DNA of 64,000 nt from Candidatus Zixiibacteriota bacterium (GTDB taxonomy: Bacteria > Zixibacteria > MSB-5A5 > GN15 > JAAZOE01): contig JAZGGI010000003.1 in NCBI GenBank assembly GCA_036480375.1, forward strand, positions 141,892-205,891, written 5' to 3'. Within the stretch, counting starts at the first letter, position 1. Each line of letters starts with the position of its first letter. Under the pieces are notes generated by a model. The model saw only the letters and a list, made by a program, of their open reading frames with translations. It did no database searches and was not told where the DNA came from. This document shows, in pieces, positions 54,452 to 62,681 of the stretch. Both the position numbers and the translations under genes were made by a program.

Positions 54452-55300
54452 TTAATTGTTAAAAACGAAAACCTTCCCGAAATAATATGTCGTGCGATCA
54501 GCTTTCATCCTCATCTCTATCAGTTCCTTCAAAAATGACTCTTTATCTTCCGCTCCGACCTTTTCTCTCAGTATCGCCAGCGAATAATCAATGCCCAGGA
54601 TCCTGTCCGGTGAATCCACGCGTACAATACCTCTCGGGAGCAATACTCCCTTTTGAGCAAATTCGGATAATTCATCTATACTGAAGCAGATTGGAAAGAT
54701 TACCGCTGATGCCTTGGGGAATTCCTTAAATTGCCGGCGATGATTATACTCCAACCTCGCCCGATAGCTTTTATTGCTCCAGGCAATGTCCTCGCAAAGC
54801 TTACAATAGACATCGGCTCGAACCCAGAATGATTCCGAGACAAATCTTAACCTGACAACTCGATCGTCCCGAAACCGAAACTCGGCTTCATCGCGACGTA
54901 ATTTACCGGTTGTGTCCGTGATTATCTTAATCTGCCGCGGAAATCTCTCGCAAAACTTAACCAAATCTACATAATGCCAGCCTTCGACCACCTTTTGCCA
55001 GGGGTAAATCGATACTTTATCTTTGCTTGCGATTTGAACCGGCACATGATCTACATTCAGCGCATTTAACACTTTTAGTGCGCAGGAATCATCCAGGAGC
55101 AGAAATCTATCTTTCATTGGATATACCAAAAGAGGATTTCTGAGATTTCCCAGTAATTTCAGCTCGTGTACTTGTCGGTTAGCGTGTTCGTCGGAAAAAT
55201 TCTCGAACGCCGTAATCTGCTCAATCGAAATAATTTTCAAAGTGTCTATCATGCCTGAATCCTGTTTTAAATTACTATTTGAATCCATTTGAGCAAACAC
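54452..55300 (-). CDS. ParB/sulfiredoxin-fold protein, SbnI / free-serine-kinase-like, degenerate DGxHR motif
   Basis: LGNLRNPLLVYPMKDRFLLLDDSCALKVLNALNVDHVPVQI parallels the SbnI-type hPILV...yxViDGvHRxxxLxxLGxxxVPVQ segment as I recall it. The start could be the internal ATG at 55252. Confidence 0.45.
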   Translation of the reverse strand: MFAQMDSNSNLKQDSGMIDTLKIISIEQITAFENFSDEHANRQVHELKLLGNLRNPLLVYPMKDRFLLLDDSCALKVLNALNVDHVPVQIASKDKVSIYPWQKVVEGWHYVDLVKFCERFPRQIKIITDTTGKLRRDEAEFRFRDDRVVRLRFVSESFWVRADVYCKLCEDIAWSNKSYRARLEYNHRRQFKEFPKASAVIFPICFSIDELSEFAQKGVLLPRGIVRVDSPDRILGIDYSLAILREKVGAEDKESFLKELIEMRMKADRTTYYFGKVFVFNN

Positions 55301-55420
55301 AATGCCGTAAATTGACTCAATAAGACAGAAAGCGCTTCAGTATAAAAAGATTTTCACCGTTACCTATCAAGGATTTACAAACAGAAAGCTATCGTTCGAA
55401 TCTACCCGGGATTTGAAGCA

Positions 55421-55450
55421 AAAAAAAACGGCCGAAATCAGCATCGGCCC
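55421..55450 (-). terminator. rho-independent terminator
   Basis: The minus strand reads GGCCGA-8 nt-TCGGCC followed by G and T8, 34 nt beyond the stop of the 55484-56617 gene. Confidence 0.7.
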
Positions 55451-55483
55451 TTCAAATTTATGCAAAAACTTGCCGTACAGAGA

Positions 55484-56617
55484 TCAATTGATTCTATATT
55501 TTGTCAATTCTTCTTTTGTCAGCAAATATACGCTTCTATTTCCCGAGCCGAAAAATCCTTTCGGGAAATCGGGACTCCAGTCCTTATATTGCGCTCTTTG
55601 CCTGAATAGAGTTTTTCCGTTTGTGGGAATCAAGTAAATTTCTCCCTCTATATGACGCTCCTCCTTGGGCACTTCAATCCCTTTGCTCTTGTCTAACCCG
55701 CAGACAAGATATTCTCCATCATCGCTTAAGTCCAATACAGTGAACTGATTATCCTTTTCAGCAAATCGATATTTCCAAAGCTGCTTTCCTGATGTTAATT
55801 CATATACTTCTATCAGATTCTTCGACAACAATACCAAAACATTGGCTTCTACATTCATTACCATATCTTTTATTTCAAATTCTTCGGTTTCTATAGCTAT
55901 GATTTCCTTTTCGTCTTGATACAGATGAAAATACTTTTGAAAAAACACTCCAAAATAACGATCATCCCGATCAAAAACAAATTTGGTGCATTCGGGAATA
56001 TTTTTCAGCAGGTTACCGGTTGAATCATACACAAAATAACCGTTATACGATCGATCAATAACAAATTTATTTCCGCTGGGAGCGATTTCAATACCCTTAT
56101 AATCATCCTCGAAAGTCAAAATATTAACCAGGTCGCCATACTCGCTATATAGATAAACCCGAACTGGCGAGATTCCCAAAACACCCTCAATTCCAAATAT
56201 TTTTCCCGAATTTGTGAGTATAAAATCATTGGGAGCGGGCTTATTTATGGCCCATTGATATTTCCCGTTACGATCAAATAATTCCAATTTGATAGTCTGA
56301 AGGCTGGTCGGGGAATTATCGGCGTAAGTAATCAACCCCAGGTGCTCGCCATTGGGGGAAATCGTCGGTTTGACATTATTTTTCAGGCGGCGCGAAAAAA
56401 TCTCACGACCGCGGATATTATACATTCTGATGTCGGGGCGAGAATAAACCAAATAATTATCACGCATGGAGCCCATAACACGGCTGTTTTCCTCCAGGAG
56501 AATCGAATATGATTTTTCCAAACGCAAGGCCGACGCAGGAACGACACTGAGAAAAATAAGCGCAAGCGTTCCTATAATTATTCCGGATGTTTTAATCTGA
56601 TGATTCATTTCCTTCAC
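55484..56617 (-). CDS. secreted hypothetical protein, probable beta-propeller
   Basis: Signal peptide (IIIGTLALIFLSVVPASA). Repetitive beta-strand-rich sequence with recurring aromatic-x-x-x-G-x-hydrophobic turns. No catalytic motif recognised. Confidence 0.55.
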   Translation of the reverse strand: MKEMNHQIKTSGIIIGTLALIFLSVVPASALRLEKSYSILLEENSRVMGSMRDNYLVYSRPDIRMYNIRGREIFSRRLKNNVKPTISPNGEHLGLITYADNSPTSLQTIKLELFDRNGKYQWAINKPAPNDFILTNSGKIFGIEGVLGISPVRVYLYSEYGDLVNILTFEDDYKGIEIAPSGNKFVIDRSYNGYFVYDSTGNLLKNIPECTKFVFDRDDRYFGVFFQKYFHLYQDEKEIIAIETEEFEIKDMVMNVEANVLVLLSKNLIEVYELTSGKQLWKYRFAEKDNQFTVLDLSDDGEYLVCGLDKSKGIEVPKEERHIEGEIYLIPTNGKTLFRQRAQYKDWSPDFPKGFFGSGNRSVYLLTKEELTKYRIN

Positions 56618-56720
56618 TCACCTCAAGGCCAAAATACAATCGGCCCAAGAATAAAAAAAAACTGCGCCTCGCGCAACCTTTATGTTTTACACATTTAGAG
56701 CGTAAAAGTCGAGACTTCGA

Positions 56721-57242
56721 TTATAAATTTATTCCGCTGGAAGTATCGGAATTCCCGGCTAAATCTTGTTTGGGTTTGGTGATATTCAGATTGGCGAAAG
56801 TTTTAATTTTTACCCGGTTCTTCACCGGCATTTGAGGAATATTGACAACCGATTCGGCCGCGCGATTTTCCTTTTCGCTTATCCATTTGACTGTATATTC
56901 CATCTTTTTGGAATATTTTTTGGCCTCGCTTACTACCGCTTCCATTCCCGGCATCCCCACTGCGCCGTTATTCATTATATATACAAGCAGGGAGAAATCG
57001 GTAAAAATCCGCAATTGTCTGGTCTTAAAAATATCGAGGTTATGTTCGGCAAATTTCAAAAAACTCAAAAAAGCGATAATCTCCAACTCTGCTTTGGTAC
57101 CGCTGGCCATACATCGAAATAATACCCCATATTCGGGTACCGCGAATGAAACAATGCCTTCCTTTTCATTCCCGTTCTGATACTGTCCGGAAACATAACA
57201 TTTAATAAAATCTCTCATACGGATGCAATCAGCAAACCTCAT
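56721..57242 (-). CDS. hypothetical protein with degenerate RNase H-like (RVT_3-type) pattern
   Basis: KAELEIIAFLSFLKFA...LRIFTDFSLLVYIMNNG...VKWISEKENRAAESV resembles the E...D...N-x-x-A-D layout of RNase HI-like domains, but the first and last acidic residues are not obvious. Confidence 0.4.
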   Translation of the reverse strand: MRFADCIRMRDFIKCYVSGQYQNGNEKEGIVSFAVPEYGVLFRCMASGTKAELEIIAFLSFLKFAEHNLDIFKTRQLRIFTDFSLLVYIMNNGAVGMPGMEAVVSEAKKYSKKMEYTVKWISEKENRAAESVVNIPQMPVKNRVKIKTFANLNITKPKQDLAGNSDTSSGINL

Positions 57243-57487
57243 GCCCGATTCATGGGATCACTATGATGAAATAATCCATGGGAATCAGTGACTTACAGGA
57301 ATTGGATTTTGCGATTTCAACTGTTATGCAGATAATTTCAAATTTACGTCGTAATCCGGCATAACCTGCAATCAAATACCTTTTATCTGTAAATCCCGAT
57401 ATTATCAACTGGCTTAGAGGGACAAATAATGTTATCATTCGTTTATGGTACAGCAGGATTCCACGATAAATATAAAGGGCCGATACG

Positions 57488-60064
57488 ATGAATTTGTTGA
57501 ATAACCGAGTGGCAAGAATATTATGCTTACTTCTACTTATTTTTTGTATTTCAGTTGAATCTTTGGCCAAGGCGCCATTTGAATTACAGACCTCCAAAAA
57601 TAATGCAAGAAAATCAACGGCTAATTGTGAACCCAATTATCAACTATCCATGCACAATATCGGCTATATCAGAATGGCTTTATTAAACAGCGGAATTCTG
57701 GGAGCATATTCCGGCGATCAATCTACGGTTTATGAGGGTGAAGTAGTTCCCAGTTGTGAATATCCCAAAGCATCGGATGTCAATCACTTATTCGGCGGCG
57801 CTCTCTGGATTGGAGCCATTGTCGGGCGCGATACTCTGGTTACCTGTGCCACCACCGGCTGGGAAAACTGGCTCGGCCGGGAATTCAATCCCGATTGTTA
57901 TCCGGCGGGTGGTTTTGAATTCAGAACGGTTCTTAAAGGGCGCCCGGAATTTCATCCCGAAGCAAAGTCCGAACAGGATATAATCGCATTTTTTACGGAT
58001 ACTATGATCGCACAGGGAGGTGAAAATCCCGTAGATAACAGGCCCCATGTACCGCTCAATATTTCAGTGGCGCAAAGATCATATTCCTGGAGTTACAGCT
58101 ACGCCGATGATTTTATTCTAATTGATTTTCAAATCGCCAATATTGGCCGATTCCCACTCAAAGAAGTTTTCATGGGGCTTTATATTGACGGTGACGTTTT
58201 TCATATGAGCAATCGACAATCGGGACCCTATGATGATATCTGCGGATTTCTCAGAACTGCCGATATGCCTCCCCGTTTCGGACCAAGAGAGGATACTGTA
58301 AATATCGCCTGGATTGCCGATAATGACGGTGATCCCGGTCCTCCCGATATGCAACCGCAATACTGGTATATTCAATCGGCCCGAGGCGTTACCGGTACAA
58401 GAGTTCTCCGCACTCCCAATCCGAATTTAAAATACAGCTTTAACTGGTGGGTGTCCAATGGCAATCCGACCCTGGATTTTGGACCCCGGAAAGCCGGTAC
58501 CGACGAAGACCCGTTTCGCTCATTCGGGGATCACTTAGGCACCCCTATCGGTGATATCCTTAAATACTATATCCTGTCCCATGAAGAATTCGATTACGAC
58601 CAATTATATACCGCATTCTCACACACCGATAAGGGCTATCTGTCGCCGCCCCGCCCCGGTATGGCAACCGATATCGCTAATGGCTTCGACACCCGCTATT
58701 TGCTATCGTTCGGGCCGTTTAATGTCGAACCGGGTGATACTCTACCCATAACAATCGCCTTTGTCGCGGGCGAGAATTTCCATGTCAATCCTCGGGATTT
58801 TATTGATAATTTTGACGCCTATTACCCTGACCAGTATTACAATACCTTAAATTTCAAAGATTTTTCCAATAATTCTCGCTGGGCATACTGGGTCTACGAC
58901 AACCCCGGAGTTGATACGGATGAAAATGGTGATTCAGGACGGTATGTGTGGAGTTGCCGGGTTGATGATTCGATTCTGTATTTTACCGAAACCGACCCGC
59001 CTCCGGACGATATGCTTGAATTATGCGATAAATATTTTTATACCGGAGATGGTGTTCCTGATTTCAAAGCCGCCGGTCCGCCGCCGCCGCCGATTATCAG
59101 AACAATCCCTGAAAGAGGAAAGGTTACAATCCGATGGAACGGTCAAATTTCTGAAAATACTCCCGATCCCTTCTCCGGCAAAAAAGACTTTGAGGGATAC
59201 CGGGTTTATATGTCTACTACTGAGCGATTCAACGATTTCGTCCTGTTGGATTCTTATGATATTGAAAACTTTAAGCGCCATTATTATGACCCGATAACGC
59301 TTCAATGGAAGCGAAGCGAAATCCCTTTTACATTGGATTATCTCAGGAAATTATACGGTCCCAATTTTAATCCTCTCGATTATGATAGCCCTGAAAGATC
59401 TATGATCGATGAAACAAGCGGCGAATATCTTTATTTCACCCCCCAGGATTGGAATACTTCCGATCTAACAAATCCTAATCGCATCCACAAAGTATACCCG
59501 CGGGCTTCAAAGGATGACCCGGACGATACCACCGACGAAGGATATATGCGGTACTACGAATACGAATATACAATCGATAATATTCAACCGTCGATACCGT
59601 TTTACTTTTCAGTGACTACATTCGATTACGGTTCAATGCAGCTTGAAGTCGGCGCCCTCGAATCCTCCCCCCTGACAAACGCGGTCAGTGATTTCGCCAT
59701 GCCCCAGGGCGATTTTGTTGAAGAAAAAGCCCTGGACGTTATTGTTTATCCCAACCCCTATCGCATTGACGGCGGTTATGCCCGCCAGGGCTATGAGAAC
59801 CGCCGAAGGACCAAATCCGCCGAACGAACGCGAAAAATAAATTTCATGAACCTGCCCAATGTCTGTAAAATTAGAATTTATTCAATTGACGGTGATTTGA
59901 TTAAAGAAATCGAACATTATCATCCCGAAGGCGGGCCGCATTCTCAATACGAGTCTTGGGACGTAATCAGTCGCAATACTCAGGCCGTTGTAACCGGGAT
60001 TTATATATGGCATGTATCCTCGAATAATGGCGAACAGCTGGATAAATTAGTAATTATGAAATAG
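57488..60064 (+). CDS. large secreted protein with T9SS-type C-terminal sorting domain (function unknown)
   Basis: Signal peptide. The C-terminal ~100 aa (VIVYPNPYRIDG...CKIRIYSIDGDLIKEIEH...VVTGIYIWHVSSNNGEQLDKLVIMK) fits the Por/T9SS CTD pattern. A PPPPP linker occurs mid-protein. Confidence 0.7.
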   Translation: MNLLNNRVARILCLLLLIFCISVESLAKAPFELQTSKNNARKSTANCEPNYQLSMHNIGYIRMALLNSGILGAYSGDQSTVYEGEVVPSCEYPKASDVNHLFGGALWIGAIVGRDTLVTCATTGWENWLGREFNPDCYPAGGFEFRTVLKGRPEFHPEAKSEQDIIAFFTDTMIAQGGENPVDNRPHVPLNISVAQRSYSWSYSYADDFILIDFQIANIGRFPLKEVFMGLYIDGDVFHMSNRQSGPYDDICGFLRTADMPPRFGPREDTVNIAWIADNDGDPGPPDMQPQYWYIQSARGVTGTRVLRTPNPNLKYSFNWWVSNGNPTLDFGPRKAGTDEDPFRSFGDHLGTPIGDILKYYILSHEEFDYDQLYTAFSHTDKGYLSPPRPGMATDIANGFDTRYLLSFGPFNVEPGDTLPITIAFVAGENFHVNPRDFIDNFDAYYPDQYYNTLNFKDFSNNSRWAYWVYDNPGVDTDENGDSGRYVWSCRVDDSILYFTETDPPPDDMLELCDKYFYTGDGVPDFKAAGPPPPPIIRTIPERGKVTIRWNGQISENTPDPFSGKKDFEGYRVYMSTTERFNDFVLLDSYDIENFKRHYYDPITLQWKRSEIPFTLDYLRKLYGPNFNPLDYDSPERSMIDETSGEYLYFTPQDWNTSDLTNPNRIHKVYPRASKDDPDDTTDEGYMRYYEYEYTIDNIQPSIPFYFSVTTFDYGSMQLEVGALESSPLTNAVSDFAMPQGDFVEEKALDVIVYPNPYRIDGGYARQGYENRRRTKSAERTRKINFMNLPNVCKIRIYSIDGDLIKEIEHYHPEGGPHSQYESWDVISRNTQAVVTGIYIWHVSSNNGEQLDKLVIMK

Positions 60065-60074
60065 ATTCGGGGCG

Positions 60075-60506
60075 TTATTCAACCGAATCCTGGAGCCGGT
60101 CGGCCAGCTCCGATTTAGGAGTTATATATTTACCGGAAGCTTCGGCGACAATTTCGTCATTTTGATTGATCGCCTTGCCCTCGGTCAGATATACCGGCCC
60201 TTTTATTCCGGTTTTGTATCCTTCAAACCGTAGTCTATCTCCGATATAAACCGGTTTTTTGAATCTGACTGTAATCTCGGCGGTGACGACGTATAATGAC
60301 TCGGCCAGAAGCGATTTTATCATAATTTCATCGAGCATGGTCGAGAGGATTCCGCCGTGAAAGATATTTTTGTATCCGGCGTATTTCTCATCGGCTGTAA
60401 TTTCGCTGATCGCCTTTTGGCCGTCATAATAAAATCTGGCCTGCAACCCAATCTGATTACTCTCGCCACAGACAAAACAACCCGAATATCTGGCAATTTC
60501 TTTCAT
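60075..60506 (-). CDS. PaaI-family hotdog-fold thioesterase
   Basis: NIFHGGILSTMLDEIM motif. The internal ATG at 60506 (MKEIARYSGCFVCG...) is preferred over 60560. Confidence 0.8.
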   Translation of the reverse strand: MKEIARYSGCFVCGESNQIGLQARFYYDGQKAISEITADEKYAGYKNIFHGGILSTMLDEIMIKSLLAESLYVVTAEITVRFKKPVYIGDRLRFEGYKTGIKGPVYLTEGKAINQNDEIVAEASGKYITPKSELADRLQDSVE

Positions 60507-60594
60507 GAGCGCCAAACTATATTTTGAAATGTCTAAAGTCAAGCCGGAATAATTACACAATTAGTCGGGAAGCATCATTACATATACGTATCCT

Positions 60595-60630
60595 AATTAA
60601 AACCCGGCAGAAGCGAACCAACTGCCGGGC
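60595..60630 (-). terminator. rho-independent terminator closing the arsR-family operon
   Basis: The minus strand reads CCCGGCAG-11 nt-CTGCCGGG followed by TTTTAATT. Confidence 0.65.
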
Positions 60631-60679
60631 TTATAATTAAGGAATCATTACGAAAGAATTTCATTCGAGCAGTTTTATG

Positions 60680-60748
60680 TCATACCCGGGACGATATAAA
60701 CGAGCCTTCGCAGCAATGAGCGGTACGCGGAATGTTAAATCGGATCAT
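60680..60748 (-). CDS. candidate micro-ORF (22 aa, MIRFNIPRTAHCCEGSFISSRV)
   Basis: Not in the ORF track because it is too short. AAGGAGG lies 5 nt upstream of the ATG at 60748; a second in-frame ATG is at 60751. It sits between the Cys-rich gene and the operon terminator. Confidence 0.4.
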   Translation of the reverse strand: MIRFNIPRTAHCCEGSFISSRV

Positions 60749-60806
60749 CATATCCTCCTTGGTTCGAGTTAATTTATGTAAAAGTATAAGGCGGTAAAGA
60801 CAGTAT

Positions 60807-61013
60807 TTATTTATCCTTATTTTCTTCAGGACAGCACTCTCCCGCTTTTTCCTTTTGCTCGCCGGGGCAGCATTCAGACGTTCCCATCTTCATCACGCCC
60901 ATCATCGGTCCGCAGCAACCGGCAAATTTGCTCTTGACATTATCCCCGGTCACTTCAATTCGAAAACCATTATCGATTTCAGTTACTTTTACCTGACAAC
61001 AATCTTTTTCCAT
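60807..61013 (-). CDS. small Cys-rich protein with four CC dyads (metallothionein-/metallochaperone-like, uncharacterised)
   Basis: 68 aa: DCCQ..., GCCGP, ECCPGE, ECCPEE. GAGGAGG Shine-Dalgarno 8 nt upstream. Directly downstream of an ArsR/SmtB regulator. Confidence 0.7.
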   Translation of the reverse strand: MEKDCCQVKVTEIDNGFRIEVTGDNVKSKFAGCCGPMMGVMKMGTSECCPGEQKEKAGECCPEENKDK

Positions 61014-61090
61014 ATCAATTACCTCCTCGAGTAATTACGTATCTACATATTCTTATATGCGTATTTCTCTATATTTGTTTCAAAAATTTT

Positions 61091-61402
61091 TTACTTTTTC
61101 TTTCTTTTCTTGCTATCCTCCACTATAACAGGGACTTCCAGGCAATCGCAAAAACTGCAACAGCATTTACTTACTGAGTTTTTATTTATGCTGTAAAAAA
61201 CTTTCTGGCCCTCTCTCCGATCAGTGACAATTTCAGCCTCCCTCAAAATAGCCAAATGACGGCTGACTGTCGGCTGAGATAAATCCATCTTCTTGACAAT
61301 ATCGTTGACCGTCATTTCATTTGAGGATAGCAGTCCCAATATTTTCAACCGCGAAGGATCTCCAAACGCCTTGAAGTACTTACTGTATTGCTTATTGTCC
61401 AT
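61091..61402 (-). CDS. ArsR/SmtB family metalloregulator with Cys-rich C-terminal tail
   Basis: FKAFGDPSRLKILGLLSSNEMTVNDIVKKMDLSQPTVSRHLAILREAEIV wHTH. The C-terminus reads KCCCSFCDCLE. Confidence 0.88.
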   Translation of the reverse strand: MDNKQYSKYFKAFGDPSRLKILGLLSSNEMTVNDIVKKMDLSQPTVSRHLAILREAEIVTDRREGQKVFYSINKNSVSKCCCSFCDCLEVPVIVEDSKKRKKK

Positions 61403-61453
61403 TTACTCAATCCTATAATCAGGAATACAATCTTTCCACATCAATATATAACA

Positions 61454-61465
61454 ATATGTACATAT
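61454..61465. promoter_or_regulatory. perfect 12-bp palindrome ATATGTACATAT, candidate ArsR-family operator
   Basis: Seen directly, about 50 nt upstream of the arsR-family start in the divergent intergenic region. Confidence 0.35.
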
Positions 61466-61527
61466 ATCGGTTCTATTTGTCAATTATTTTTCTGAATTTC
61501 CGCATTAATTAAAAATTCTTTTTTCTC

Positions 61528-61556
61528 TTGACAAAACAAGACAATATTAGTATTTA
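61528..61556 (+). promoter_or_regulatory. candidate sigma70-type promoter for the 61631 gene
   Basis: TTGACA (61528-61533), 17-nt spacer, TATTTA (61551-61556). Confidence 0.35.
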
Positions 61557-61630
61557 ATGCTCCTGGTATTGATAATGATTATCATTTTCGTTACGGGAAG
61601 TTTTGAAATGCTGGTTAAGGAGTACAACAA

Positions 61631-62341
61631 ATGAAGAAATTACTAATGCTGACATTGATACTACTTCTGGCGGCGCCAAACATTTTTGCCGATCGACGCA
61701 AATATGCCTGGACATATCAATATGGCACTATCGCTCCTGACGCTACCGAATTGGAATTGTATCAAACAACTAAGGTTGATAAAACTGACAGTTGGGAATA
61801 TCGTTTCGAAATAGAGCATGGTCTCTCCCCCAATTGGGATTTGTCCATATACCAGATTTTTACACAAGAGGAAGGTGAATCGTTTAAATGGGATGCTTTT
61901 CAGGTAAGAACTCGCTATCGTTTGGCTGAACCGGGCTCGTTTTTCCTCGACCCTTTGTTTTATATGGAATACCGAAGAAACATTGATCTAAAAAGCCGGA
62001 ATAAGGCCGAAATCAAACTTATTTTAAGCCGTGATTTTGACCGCGTTAATTTTGCCATAAATCCGCTTTACGAGTTTTTCTGGGCTCCCGGCGATCCCAT
62101 CCACGAGTTTGGCGCCGACGCCGGAATATCTTACGAGGTCTCATATAAATTCGCGCTGGGAATGGAAGCAACGACTCGATATGAAATCCTCAAAGACGAA
62201 GAAAACGAGCATAGTTTTTATATCGGACCGACTGTTTCATTCGCTTCGGGAACCGTTTTTTACACGGTCGGATATGAATGGGGCGTTACCGATGACAGCA
62301 ATGACGCCCGGGTCCGATTCTTAATTGGCATCGGTTTGTGA
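61631..62341 (+). CDS. putative outer-membrane beta-barrel protein (hypothetical)
   Basis: Signal peptide (LLLAAPNIFA). Alternating amphipathic beta-strand pattern rich in aromatic residues, with a C-terminal ...RFLIGIGL. Confidence 0.55.
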   Translation: MKKLLMLTLILLLAAPNIFADRRKYAWTYQYGTIAPDATELELYQTTKVDKTDSWEYRFEIEHGLSPNWDLSIYQIFTQEEGESFKWDAFQVRTRYRLAEPGSFFLDPLFYMEYRRNIDLKSRNKAEIKLILSRDFDRVNFAINPLYEFFWAPGDPIHEFGADAGISYEVSYKFALGMEATTRYEILKDEENEHSFYIGPTVSFASGTVFYTVGYEWGVTDDSNDARVRFLIGIGL

Positions 62342-62619
62342 GCAGCAAAGTGAAATCAATAATAACGACGCTTATAATTCTGGGCGCCGCCCTTTTTTTC
62401 GGATTTATCTTAGGGTGTGCACGCCCCCCCATTTCCGGAGAGCAATCGTCCGGCCGATCGGCGTATTTGAACAATTGCGGAGTATGCCATCGCCGACCCA
62501 AACCGGATTCCAATACCGATGAGCAATGGCGGAAAATAATGCGGGAACATGAGGATAAAGCATCGCTGGATAAGAATATTCTCAAACAGGTATCAGATTA
62601 TTTACAGGCAGGTAATTAA
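62338..62619 (+). CDS. small mono-haem c-type cytochrome-like lipoprotein
   Basis: GTG start overlapping the previous stop. Lipobox FILGC. A single CXXCH motif (YLNNCGVCH). Confidence 0.6.
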   Translation: MSSKVKSIITTLIILGAALFFGFILGCARPPISGEQSSGRSAYLNNCGVCHRRPKPDSNTDEQWRKIMREHEDKASLDKNILKQVSDYLQAGN

Positions 62620-62637
62620 TCTCTCTTAACTCAAAAT

Positions 62638-62675
62638 CCGTCCATGACTCAATCACGGGCGGGTTTATTTATTTT
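62638..62675 (+). terminator. imperfect hairpin + T-rich tract after the cytochrome-like gene
   Basis: CCGTCCATG-7 nt-CACGGGCGG (2 mismatches) followed by GTTTATTTATTTT. Confidence 0.4.
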
Positions 62676-62681
62676 CATATT

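Noticed and set aside
57250-57636. 128-aa minus-strand ORF spanning the divergent spacer
   Set aside because: It overlaps the signal-peptide-encoding start of the 858-aa plus-strand gene and has no motif or SD. It is probably spurious.
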